This document shows positions 52,269 to 64,000 of a stretch of 64,000 nt of DNA, in pieces. Both the position numbers and the translations under genes were made by a program. Position 1 is the stretch's first letter; every line of letters begins with the position of its first letter. The notes below the pieces were generated by a model, which was not told the origin of the DNA, did not search any database, and saw only the letters and a program-made list of their open reading frames with translations. Origin of the DNA: Takakia lepidozioides (lineage: Eukaryota; Plantae; Bryophyta); assembly GCA_030704615.1 (NCBI GenBank), contig CM060732.1, positions 81,096,001 through 81,160,000 of the forward strand. The letters run 5' to 3'.

Positions 52269-55200
52269 CACTACAGCAAATAGGGGGGGTTTGCGACGCC
52301 AGCCGCGCCCCCACGCCCCGCGTGGCGCCAACCCCGCGGAGCGTGTTTGCGACGTCGGGCCGTCGCAGCCAAACCCCGCGGGTCGCCACCTGGCGCCGGG
52401 GCCAGGCGGCGACGTCTGGCCGTTGCACGGGCGGATGAAGGGCAGCAGGCAGCCCTTCCATGCGACGCCCAAACGTCACCCCCAGTGAAGAGGAGAAGGC
52501 AGCCCTTTCTGGCGACGGCCGGTCGTCGCACGTCGAAAGAAAAACAGCCCTTTCTTGCCCTTTCTTTCATCGCAACCCTTTTTTGCGACGCCTTTCAAAA
52601 CAAGAAAACATGTCACATATTGCGACGGCTTGCCGTCGCCGATTGCGACCCCCGGCCTCATAAATCCATTCTTTCAAAACAAAAAAACATGTCACAGTTG
52701 GCGACGGTTTGTCGTCACCATTTGCGACCCCCGGCCTCATAAATCCAAAAAAACGCGTCACAGGTTGTGACGCGTGGGGGTCGCAGGCAGCGACTGCAGG
52801 GCTTTCTAGGTTTAGGTTTAGGGCCTTTGGGGGTTTTTTTTTTTTTTCATATGGTACTGGGGTAGGGTGTTTGTTTTTCTTTATGGTTTAGCCTATCGTT
52901 GTGGACCTTCTTGTAGATTGTGACATTCATTTTGATAATTTTCTTGATACCACATCTGTATGTGTTGCTCCAACATATTCATTGTCTCTGTCTTCTTTCT
53001 TGAAAGACTACCAGCCACAGCCATATTTGATCAATCATAAAAATAAACTATGCATGTACATGTATAATCAATCGAATGGATGGGTCTAGTTCGGTGTGAG
53101 AATTGTTATGTAGCTTTGATTTTGTGTCTAATCAACTTAAACATCATCATCCGGAGCTTCTTCATCCTCATGAAGCTGCAAGTTTTCTTGGTCATCGGAG
53201 TCATCGTCATAAATGGTCTGGCCCTCAAAAGGCACCTCTGAATCATCCTCCACCTCGTTGTCAATGGCCGTGTCTTCGTCTCCTTCTCCAACATCCGTAT
53301 TTTCTGGAACTTCATCATATAGGGTCCAGGATGCATTGTCCGGGGCGTCATCATCCTCTTATACCCCCTCTACCCAACCTCCATCATCAGCATCATTATG
53401 ACCAGTCTCTCCATCCACCGCAATTGCCTCACCCCATGGAGATCCGAGACCATGATAGATACGTCTTCCTCTTGGCTGAGCATACACAACCACCTTCCAA
53501 TTCCCCCCTCTTGTTTTGTCATCGGAGAAGAAAACTTGCTTCATGTCTGAAGGCCGTGAAAAAAGCTTATCGGAGGAACGTTGAGTACCTGGTTGAGCCT
53601 ATCTGCATTGACGCGCATGAAACCACAATCATCTTGCACTAGTGTTGCGGAGGGCCCCACAAGATGTGGTTGGAACCACCTTCCCTTGAAGAGAAGAGGC
53701 CGGTACCTTGTATACTGAAGTTGGAGTATGTTCTCAAGCTCTCCAATGTACTCGAGTTTGCTCATAGTAGGTCATGTATCTTCCTTGCCCCACACGGAGT
53801 CTTGCCAATATGTGGCACACAAGCCAGAATCAAAGGTTGTTTTGCGCTTCATGTCAAGAGCACGAATGCGGAAATGACGATCGTGAACCCAAACCGTCGT
53901 GTATGAGGTCGCGAATTGAGAAGGGCCCCTTACAATGTCTTGCACCAATTTTGAAACCACCTCTCCTTGAGCAATGGCATCATAAACTGAAGTCCGAAGC
54001 CACTGTTGGAATGAACTTAGAGGCTGCAATTCCATGGGCAAATTTTGTGAATGAACAGTCCGACGGCCCGCTCCTCGTCGTGGACGTCTAGTAACCGGCC
54101 TTGGATGGTTCCGCCTCCATGCAAGCGTCTCCTCCTCTTGTTGCTGAACAAGATTATTGTATCTTGTCTCCCACTCATGTATGGATGGGGTGTTCTTCAG
54201 TATGAAGTCATGCGCTTGCTCAATCACCAAGGTCGGCAATTTTACCCTCTTCAATTTTTTGGGCAAAACGATGTCCTTGGTTCGTGCATCCTCCTCTTCC
54301 TTCCACATCCGAGGGGCTTCCTCATCCACCCTTGCCATGTACTTCGTGCAATAGAACATAGTTTCTTGCAATACCCCTCCGCCATGCTACCCTCCGGGTG
54401 CGTCATTTGTCTTACAAATCATTTCAAAGTTTTCATTATACGCTCAAGGAAGTATATCCACCGAGAATGAACGGGGCCGACAATCGAAGCCTCTTCCACT
54501 AAGTGCACTACCAAGTGCACTTGGATATCAAAGAAGAAGGGAGGAAGGTGCATCTCCAACATACACATTACCTCCACTGCCTCCTTCTTCATGCGTGGAA
54601 AATCCGCTTCTTCCAACTTTTTGGAGCAAATCCACCGGAACAAGCCTCCTAATCTATAGAATTGTCTCACGAACCTCGAGAGTCAATGTCCCACGTACTG
54701 CAATGGGCAAGATGTCTTGCAATAGATTGTGGTAGTCATGAGACTTCAAACCATGGACCCCGTCTTCTTCGCTGAACTTCGTACGGAGGGATGACCCATA
54801 ACCAGTTGGTGTTCGGATAGCACTTATGGTGGCTATCACTTTCTTGTATTCCTCCTTTGTCCATTGCCAAGGTGCACGCCTATACTTCCACCATACAACA
54901 CCCTTTGGGTCCACACCATTTTGTTCGGCTCATAGATGGCGCATGCGAACCTGCTCCTCAAGCTCCTTTCTAACACCGAGAGAATCTCCTTTTGCAGTCA
55001 CTCCCTTATTTGCCGACGTGCCATGAAGAACCCGAAAAAAAGACGAGCAGACACTCTTCTCAATATACATGGGATCTAGAAGATAACGAATCTTCAGGTC
55101 CTACATATATCCCCACCCACAAATACTTACACAAATTTTTTTACGTGAAAGTGACAATGCAACGCATACCAAATGTGCAATATCACATGCATGCATAGGG

Positions 55201-57300
55201 ATATTGACGGTGTTTTTGTGGAATATGTACCGCCCAATATGACAACTCGTAGAAGATTGAAAGTCATTTCATGCCGGGCACGTCCATTTCACCGTCCGTG
55301 CCCGCATGGGCCTCATTCCATCGGTCCGCCCAAAACTGCCCGGACGGTGTCATAGGGGGGGACGTACTTCCTCTTTGCCATCAAACAAGTGTTTCTCTCT
55401 TCTTCTCCATCGATGGCTCATATGAAGAAATTTGCGGTGGTTGGGATACGCCATCTTGTAAAGATGGCGGGAGCTATGTGCATCAAGATCATCGCCACAA
55501 TGCAAGCATGCATGGTACCCTTTGGTGCTTAGCCCCGAGCAAACAGTAGTCATGTCTACATCCCGCCACATTAGCAAAACAAAAAGTTGTCATGTGCATG
55601 GCCCATAATGCCATCTACCCCACTACGGTGCACAAGACTGTCGCCGCTACTTCAATCAATCCCAATCCTCATCGATATTATCCGACATTTACAAGTGAAT
55701 GTACTCAAGTTGTTCATGGGGAACATAATATACCTGGATAATCATGCATTGTCCAAAGCAAGATGCCTCTCATCTGAAAAGATTGTCCGGCCAGAGGGTC
55801 AAGTGAAGCATCCAATGTCGGGACCCCCCTCCATAGCTCCTTAAGTTCATCAACAAGAGGTCGCAAGTACGTGTCCATGTTTGTCACTTGTTTTTTCCCT
55901 ATGAGACATTCACATCATTGTTTCAATGTTCCACCAATATGCAAATTATATTACAAAATGAATTACACGTCTTACTCCATGATTATGTCACTCATCAATC
56001 TTGCATCCGAATTGCGTCAGAGATCAGAAGTTTAATGTAAAGTCTAAGGCAATAATAAACATAAAATGAGTACACTCACCTGGCACAATGGCAGCCAACA
56101 TGATATGGCCTTTTTTAATTGAAAGATACGGAGGGATGTTGTAATTCACCATGGTCACCGGCCAAGTGGAATGACTACATGACTGGACAGAGAATGGGTT
56201 GACCCCATCCGAGGAGAAGCCGAGGTGGACATGTCGTGGGTCCTCCAAAAGAAAAGGCCACATCTCTTCAATATGCCTCCATGCTTGTACACCTTTCCCG
56301 GGGGGCTCCGATGCGAGGCGTGTCATCTCATGAGTCTGACCAATTCGGGGCTTCGGTATTGTGCCCTCAATCGCGGGATGATCGGAAAGTAATGCATTTT
56401 CTAGGATGACATACCCCACGCCCCCCACATATAATCATCCCATTAGCACACATAATACAACACCCTTATGTCTTTCCCTTTATGCAGCCTCTCCCTCATT
56501 TGGGTGTAAATGGTCAAAACCGAACGTCACTCCTTCCACTCCTCACTCACTCCTTCCAAAACCACAATCAGATCTTGCATGGGTACTACTCTCTAAACCC
56601 TAAACTTTGTGGAATACACTTTACATACATTGAGAAGATTAAAAAAAGTAATCTCTATGCGAAGGGGAATGATGCTTATACCTTGCGTGGTACTTTTTTT
56701 CCTTGGACATCATCCCGACATCGGTCTTTCTTGCACTTTGGGCACTTGGGGAGACGCGAATCCTCTCCGTAGTATAGGATTTTATCACATGGACATGCAT
56801 GAAAAATCTTATAGCCCATCCTCACATTATAGCAGACATCCCAACATTACTTATGCCAAATCGAATTTGAAGATTGAGCAAAAGTAGGATTGTTGAAAGT
56901 CGACTCACTTTCGCCCCTTCGTACAAGGGAGTTCTCGCCTCCCTCTCCATGTTATTTGAGGGGGGCCATTTCAGGATCATCGATTGGTCGGGTTCCCTCT
57001 TCATGGGATGCATCAGCGCCCACATAATGCATTAAGAGACCCTCCATGGCTTGCACATCCTCCTGGTTAATTCCATATTCATTGTTGTTGTCACTGTCAC
57101 TGTCACTGTCATCGTCATCGTCATCGTCATCATCGTTCGGTACCGTGGGGGCGGCGTCTCGCCCACGGCTCCCGCCTGATGTACTTGGGTTGTTTTCGGA
57201 TGGGGTGCCAAGAGAAAGGACCGGGAAGGGATGGACAAAGTCCTGATACGAACAAATGAACATAGGGACATATATTATAATGTGTCCTTGCAACCATACA
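52269..57300 (-). mobile_element. CACTA (En/Spm) element with degenerate Tnp2-type transposase
   Basis: CACTACAGCAAA TIR at 52269 with TGCGAC/GTCGCA subterminal repeats. Transposase motifs SSDGVNPF..STWPV...YNIPP, GLKSHDYH, PPFFFDIQVHLVVHL, GPVHSRW.Y..ER and YIGELENI. The other end was not found. Confidence 0.92.
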
Positions 57301-58929
57301 CTTCATTATAAGCGAAATGCAAACAACAATCTTCAATGTATGCGTGCATCAAATATGTCATTCAATAATTACACGTATGTGCGTACACGCATGCAAAGTT
57401 TCAAACCCAAACAAAATCATTTGCCCCCCCAATGACGCATTCACCCTATTGTCAAGTTAAATAAGCACAGTGTGAAAACAACTAGCATAAAACTAGTTAT
57501 TTATATTTAACACTTGGATTTAGGTCAAGTGTTAAATCAGGTGTCAAGTTTAGTTTGACACCTGGTCCGTCTTATCTTCACGAGAGCGGCAGTCGCGCGG
57601 CTCATCTCTCTCGAGTTGAGCCTGCGCGATCGAGCTCCTGCATTCTTCAGATCTGAGTGTGCTTATGATGGGAGTGTAGGTTGTTGTGGGGTGGAGTCCC
57701 CATAGCTTGGGGTGCCCCTGGCTCGACTATTATTTTAAAGAGTGATGTTGAGGGATTGCATATTTCTTGTGTTGAGAATGTGTCCTTTTCTAGTTTGGTT
57801 ATCACTCGAGAGAGATGAGCACTATCTAGTTTTCCAGTGCTAAGCTAGATATGATGTTTTTGTTTTTTTTAAGCACTATTATAATATAGATGGTCATGGT
57901 CTTGTACGCAGCTCAAGCAAGGAGCATAGAACGGCTCTAGCTTGAGTTCGTCTCACATCTTCAGTCGCAATGGTGAGGTAGAAGAGAGAGTAATGGTGGT
58001 CTGCCCATATTTCTGTTGGCATTGGCGAGGTGTGCTTCCACTGTAAGGGCGTCGCCCGTCTGCGGAGGATATGTCGATGGCAGCTGGTGGTGTGATGGCA
58101 AGGCCCAGAGGGAGTGGGGCGCTATGTTGAGGACGGCTGGATGCAGGCTCTCACGGTTGGTTGCATCCAGGCGTGTACCATGTGTGCCTCCACCGACATT
58201 GCTGTGTAACCCGCAACCGCAAGCGGAGCAATCAGAACATCGGGGTCTCTCATATGCGCGGGTGGTGCATCGTAGTCGTGATTGGCAAGTGCAGCAGGCA
58301 GCTCGGGCGATTTTGGAATTGCAACAGGAGTTGAGCTGGAGGAGTTGGAAGCGGAGCGCTCGGGTGGGAAGCGCTTTGATCTGGATCCGCCTCGTGGTCC
58401 CTTTGGAACCAAGGATGCCCCTGCAATTGTGGAGTCACACTATGATGAGCGGATAGTGGATGCTCAGGAGGTGTTGGCGAGGATGAGCATGATGTGACAT
58501 GGTTCAAGCTGGAGAAGGACAAACAGTATGAATGCTCAGTCTGCAGCCAAGTCTTTCAGTTGAAGGTGATAGGAGAGGGTGGTCTTCCAGGGCATGAACA
58601 TCATCATCACTAGGAGTGAGTATTGACTGCTGGAACTGCATGAGCAGAAAGGTTGCACACTCAACTGAGTCAGTGGAGGGCGCTCAATGTCCGCTTGAGA
58701 GCACTCCTGTTGCCGGTGGGTTCACTCTCTAAATTTGAGGGACTTCACTCTCTAGACGCTGAATGTTGCGCTGAAGTGGGAGAGGGCAGCAGAGACACAG
58801 TCCCCCTTCGCACAATGCTTCGACCTCTTTGGCTTTGACCTTTTGACATGAGCAGTTCTCCGCCCTTATTTTTCCTCGCTCTTTCCCTGTGTTCTCTTCT
58901 CCTTTCGTCACCACTACTGCCTCAATCAG

Positions 58930-59700
58930 AGGTGGCGACCATACTGCCGTTTAAGTGCCCAGGAAACTGATGACATCAAGGAAGCTACCAGCTTGTTCCT
59001 GAAGACGAAGGGGTCGAATGTCACTGTTCTGGCTGGCACAGGAGCTTGTGACCTGCCCATAGGGACCTGGGTGCCTGAAACAAGTGAAGTGGCTGGAGGA
59101 TGGAGCATGGCGTCAGGAGATGGAAAGAGAGCAGTGAAGGGGTTTCTACACGATAAGGATCTGCAACTGGTTGCAGCCCAGCATGCGCTAGCTAGGACCA
59201 TGACCTGAAGCAGCTGCTAAGTCGCTGGGAGGTCCGTGAAGCTGAACTTGCCCAAATGCGGGAGGTTGTCATGGAGGGAGCTAAGACAGTCAGTGTACTG
59301 CAGCTGCCTTGGTGGGGAAAGTGAATGCGAGACTGGCAGCTCAACTGGGCATTGGGATAGATTTTGCTTGGTGATGGGATCGTAACTCAGTAGCAGGCTG
59401 ATTGGAGTTAAAGAGGTTTGGTCATGCCAGTGTCCGAGCAGCCAGTGAATTTTGGGCCAGGTTTTTGAAGGTCTGGCTGAGCATGTAACCCAAGTGTCGG
59501 GCAATGGAGGCAACGGCCCCTGCTGGAGGATTCATATCCAAGATGCAGGGATGGTCTGGATGAGGCTGGCATAACCTGCATTTCCTCTGGCTGTTCCTAC
59601 AATCTGGTTTATGTGCCCTGGCACTATAGTGCTGATGCCGACCAGATATTCCCGATCTGTGCAATTTCATGGTGATTCCAGGCAGACCACCTCTCCGCAT
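58930..59700 (-). mobile_element. Possible decayed LINE ORF1 remnant
   Basis: DLPAT followed by a frameshifted CxxC...GH....C-like knuckle near 59180-59235. Weak. Confidence 0.3.
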
Positions 59701-60448
59701 ATCCACGGTCGATCTTGTTGTGAAGAAGGAGGGGCAGGGGCAGGAAGCTAGTAGGTATAGGAGCTGACGATAGACTGAGCTGCTGTGTAGCAGCTATCCC
59801 CCGCTCAGTGTCCAGAGGGGATGCTGTGGCCTCCGAACTGCGCAAGTACTTGTCTCTGATCTCTGGGTGTCGTCAATGGTGTCTCCTTGCTGATTTTGAT
59901 CTCTATTAAGAGAGTGTATATCAAGTGCACAGGGGACTCGTCTCTCGAGGGTTCACTGGGAAGAATCGCTTCACGACCTCCATCGTCACCACGGTTTGTG
60001 GTAGAAGACGGTTGGGATTCCAAAGCATGGTGAGCTGTTGAACTCAAATGAAATGGAGGGGAACAGCAGGCACGTGGCCAGGGAACCTAGGATGCCATAT
60101 AGAACTTAGGGAACCGGGAACCAGTTACCAGATATTTTGGGTGTAACTTTGAATTTTTAAACTTGAAAACCTTTTTTTTTTAAAAAGACCATTTTTTTAA
60201 TCTAATTTGAATGATTTGGAGCCAAATTCATCATATCTTTGTCAAATGGACTCTGTTTGACCCAGTTTTTGGGGGGATAGCTGCAGAAAGGGGAAATCTA
60301 CCTATTTAATCCTGGTTTCTGTTTTGGGGACTCTGCTAAAAATCTATGGAATTTTTAGAGTGTGAGTGTGCCATGAAAGATCCACAATCCTGTCTCTAGA
60401 ACCTGTGCTGGTCTATATGAGAGACAAATTGGTGGATGTACTCCATGC

Positions 60449-61198
60449 ATGGCTGGGGGAAATGAGGACGTAATTGAAGGGCAAGTCTCTTCTCTTAGTC
60501 TGTGCACACAAGGGGACACGATTTATGTTTCCCAAGGAACTCAGACTGATTTGAGTGGAGAACAGTTGGACGAGTTGATTGCATACTGGGAGTCAGGCAT
60601 TAGCAGTAGACAACAGACTGCTGTAGTTGGCATTGAGGGCCTCAATATCGCCTTGGACAGCCAGAACTCTGTTGGAGCCAGCAGTTCTGCAGCTGTAGGT
60701 GAAATACCAAAGTGGGTGAAAGCTAGGCTTGGAACACAGCCAAAGACAGCCCCGGGGACCAAGGTGTTCAGCCACAAGGCCGTGGTGTACTGGAGCAGAG
60801 GAGCAGGAGCTGCACAAGTTTGTGCAATTAGACAGTGTTGCAGTCGGACACGCTCTGCACAAGGCAACCACGAGCGGGGGTTCATTAGCGAGGACAAGTT
60901 TGTTCTGTTTGAAGGCGATGCAGTCATTCGCAATGAAGACACCCGCAACCGTCTCAAAGCTTTCGAGTTGAGAGACTATCAGACCCTACCTTTGTTTTCT
61001 TTAGTGTTCAGTGAGCGGGAGATAGCAGAGTGTTGCTTTGTCTCTACCTGGCAGAAAGAGGAGGAGGGTTGGTTAGAGCGAGCTACTGTAGCTTGGGACA
61101 AGGTTAGTGGCAGGTTTCTGGACATAGATATACCTCCTACACCTTACCATCAAGCAGAGCGAGGCACTTTGAGAGAAGTCTGGAAGTTGATAGCATAG
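60449..61198 (+). CDS. Intronless 249-aa ORF of unknown function upstream of a gag-like ORF
   Basis: Open ATG-to-stop frame with globular-looking composition. No family recognised. Confidence 0.45.
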   Translation: MAGGNEDVIEGQVSSLSLCTQGDTIYVSQGTQTDLSGEQLDELIAYWESGISSRQQTAVVGIEGLNIALDSQNSVGASSSAAVGEIPKWVKARLGTQPKTAPGTKVFSHKAVVYWSRGAGAAQVCAIRQCCSRTRSAQGNHERGFISEDKFVLFEGDAVIRNEDTRNRLKAFELRDYQTLPLFSLVFSEREIAECCFVSTWQKEEEGWLERATVAWDKVSGRFLDIDIPPTPYHQAERGTLREVWKLIA

Positions 61199-61703
61199 AT
61201 CAGGATTAGATCTTGCTTGGGCGGGCTTCTATTCTTCCCCTCCATCTCTGTACTATTTTCATTACCTTGTGCTTGTAGTTGCCAAAGCCTCTCTTGGTGG
61301 AGGCCAGTCAGTCTGGGGTTTTGGGCTGGGATGCGTTGCTGCTGGATTTTGGTGTGGGGGTGTTGATGTTTTGATTTCTTGTGTTTGGATCCCCCCCAAC
61401 ACCTGCATGCTTGACTGTGCGCCATGTTGGTTTTGTGTGGGCGATTGCTTTCATAGGGATTAGGCCGGATTTGATCACCGGTCAATCCTAGAGTATGCTG
61501 TCGGTGGTGAGGCTGGAGTGATGACCAGCAAGACCACCAGTGTTTCTTCTATGGTGAGGCTGGGTTGATGACCAGCCAACCATAGGAGTTCTTGCGGTGG
61601 ATGCAGGTGCAGGTGCCCTGAGCCATTGGGATATGACCCTTAGACTGCAACAGGTGCCCACCCGTGTCACTATTAGATTAGTACTAGAGCCTTATAGTGT
61701 CAC

Positions 61704-62385
61704 GTGGAGGAGGTGCACATTGTGAGTGTCATTACGGAGTTACCCAAGGGTTTTGAGGGGAGTACGGCTACAAGCAGTGACAGTGAGAGTGGGTTCACAA
61801 GACGAGGTATTCGGTTCAGACCACCTTCACCGCCACCCTCAACTACTGTAGAGTCAGACACAGACTCGGAGGCTTCATCAACAGGTGTGCACTTTCATTC
61901 GCCATTGTTGTGGGACGACATGGAGGAGATGTATGGAGCTACCAAGGGGCCTCGTAGGTACTCTGGAGCTGTGGGCACCATCGAGTTGGATGACTTTATC
62001 CAGGAGTTCGACAGCTGGTGTGATTTGCAGCAGATGCGCAATCCACAGCTATTCACCCCATTCATGGCGTGGAAGGGACTGTTCCAGCATTTGGAAGGCC
62101 CGCCTATGGACGATTACCACGAGTTCAGGCAAGGACATGAAGCAGAGATTGAGGAGTGGAGGATGTATTGGTCACCTGACTACGTCTCCATCACTCGAGG
62201 CACGACGCGACCAGTAGCTGCATCAGTACCAATAGCTCCCACTGCCAGCGCTAGTAGTGGAGCAAGTAGTGCTGGTACTTCTGCAGGTGGTACCAGTTCA
62301 AAAGGTGCTACTACTCCTCCTGCCACAACTACAACACATGTGCCTAGATTCAACCCGGTGGTGGAGTTCTTCCAGGAGTTGCGGA
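61704..62385 (+). mobile_element. Retrotransposon gag-like N-terminal region, truncated
   Basis: RRYSG...LDDFIQEFDSWC...LFQHLEGP pattern is typical of capsid N-termini. Ends abruptly at the junction with the inverted pol. Confidence 0.6.
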
Positions 62386-64000
62386 GCAGATGCATGCCAT
62401 CCGGGCACCATCTCCTCGTCCGTCTCACCATGCCACCGAGCTCCAGTGTCATCCTGCTGGCTCGTGCATGGATTGCGACTCAACCCATCTGCATTTCGAT
62501 TGACCAAACCCGGTCGATGCACCACCTGAAAGTCATACTCTTGAAGGATGAGTGCCCACCGTGCAAGCTTCCCCGTAAGCTTGTCTGACTCCATCAACCA
62601 CTTGAGTGGTTGGTGATCCGTGACAAGGGTGAAGAGATTGCCGTATAAATAGCACCTGAAGTGTGCCACGGCCCACACTGCAGCTAAGCATTCTCCCTCA
62701 TATGAGCTATACTTAGACTCTGCAGCATTGTTCGAGCGGCTAGCATAAGCCACTACGAACTCTCTTCCCTCATCATCCACCTGTGTGAGCACCGCTCCAA
62801 GCCCCAGCATGCTCCAATCTGTATGCAGCTGAAAAGGACGCCCCCTGATAGGTCGTCTCAAGATGGGCGCCGAGGTCAACCTCGCCTTGAGCTCTTGAAA
62901 AGCTTGTTCTTGCTCATCTTCCCACTGCCACTCCTGGTCCACCTTGGTCAGCTTGGTTAGAGCCTTTGCAATGGCACTAAATCCCTTAACAAACCGTCTG
63001 TAATAGTTTGCTAACCCCATGAAAGCTCGAACTCGGCTCACATCCGTGGGGGCGTGGAACCTGTGCAATGGACTCTACCTTAGTCTGCTGTACCCCCAAT
63101 CCTCCAGGATATATCATGTGACCCAGATACTCAATCTGGTTGTGGAAAAACTTGCACTTGCCCGGATGTAACTTCAATCCGTGCGTCCTCAAGCACTCAA
63201 ATACCCCCTGAAGGTGTCTCTCATGCTCCTCCACCGTAGCACTAAAGATGATGATGTCATCTATGTAGCACCGAGCAAACTCCACCCCTGCTAGAATCCT
63301 GTCCATGACTCTTTGAAACTCAGCGGGAGCGTTTTTAAGCCCAAATGGTAAGAACCGCCACTGGTATAGGCAATCCTTCCCGTGCTCATTGATCCCCCAG
63401 AATGCCGTCTTTTGCTTATCCGCCTCCTTGATCGGCAACTGGTGATATCCGGATCGTAAATCCAACGTGCTAAGGACCTTGGAATGCCCAATGGCATCAA
63501 AGATCTCCTCTGGTGTTGGCATGGCATACCTATCGGACTTGGTCTGACGATTTACAGGCCGGTAATCACCGCACATACGTCTCTCCGTCCAATTGCCATA
63601 GACATCCTTCTTAGCTGGCATCACTGTGGCTGAAGCATACTCTCCACTCGAGAGCTCCACCAAACCTGCCTCCCAGAGATCTTGAGTCCTCATCTGAATC
63701 AAAGACCTCTCCATGTCACTGTATCTATAGGGTCTCCGAAAGATTGGCGTGTCAGTGGCCAACTCAATACGGATCTCTTGACCCTTCAGTGCTCCCAAGT
63801 CCTTCAAACTGAAGGCAAAGCAATTCCTATAAGCCCTCAGGAACCGCCGTATACGTCGTCTCTCTCCTCCGGTGACAATGGGTCCAATGTCAGGCTCCCA
63901 ATTGTCCTCCGTAACTGCAACCTTAAGTCCAGTAGGCTTAGAGGTAGAGGACGCGTCCCGTGGTTGCTATGCTGCAACCTCTTGAGCAGTACCCCTTCCT
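62386..64000 (-). mobile_element. Second copy of the Gypsy family at 2793-7460 (linker, RT, RNase H); runs off the window end
   Basis: Highly similar to about 4673-6290. Two of copy 1's stops are sense codons here; there is one extra G in a run near 63050. Confidence 0.95.

Noticed and set aside
52149-52891. Many overlapping ORFs and TTTAGG repeats
   Set aside because: By-products of GC-rich CACTA subterminal repeats; the telomere-like run is only about three units.

Overview
Eukaryotic nuclear DNA from a plant. GT-AG introns, PLS-type PPR remnants and the gene set suggest a non-seed land plant, possibly a bryophyte; this is an inference. Four host genes can be traced: an At5g53220-like protein with a large repeat-expanded exon (13851-19202), two tandem secreted legumin-like bicupin genes (21788-24375, 33439-36079), and signal peptide peptidase (37137-43346). 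They sit among transposons: a full-length Ty1/copia with LTRs and TSD, a MULE/SWIM transposase, a CACTA element inserted in a LINE, and a hAT-type MITE. There are also gene fragments: OSB-type PDF-motif exons, PPR, NSUN6-like, ASR3-like and a retropepsin-like pseudogene. The most notable item is a Ty3/Gypsy retrotransposon family present in two copies (2793-7460 and 62386-64000, minus strand). In copy 1 the pol frame carries a C5 DNA cytosine methyltransferase upstream of RT and a PHD finger at the integrase C-terminus. Both copies share an in-frame UAG-CAA-CCA just upstream of RT, a match to the TMV-type readthrough context. No rRNA, tRNA or CRISPR features were seen.
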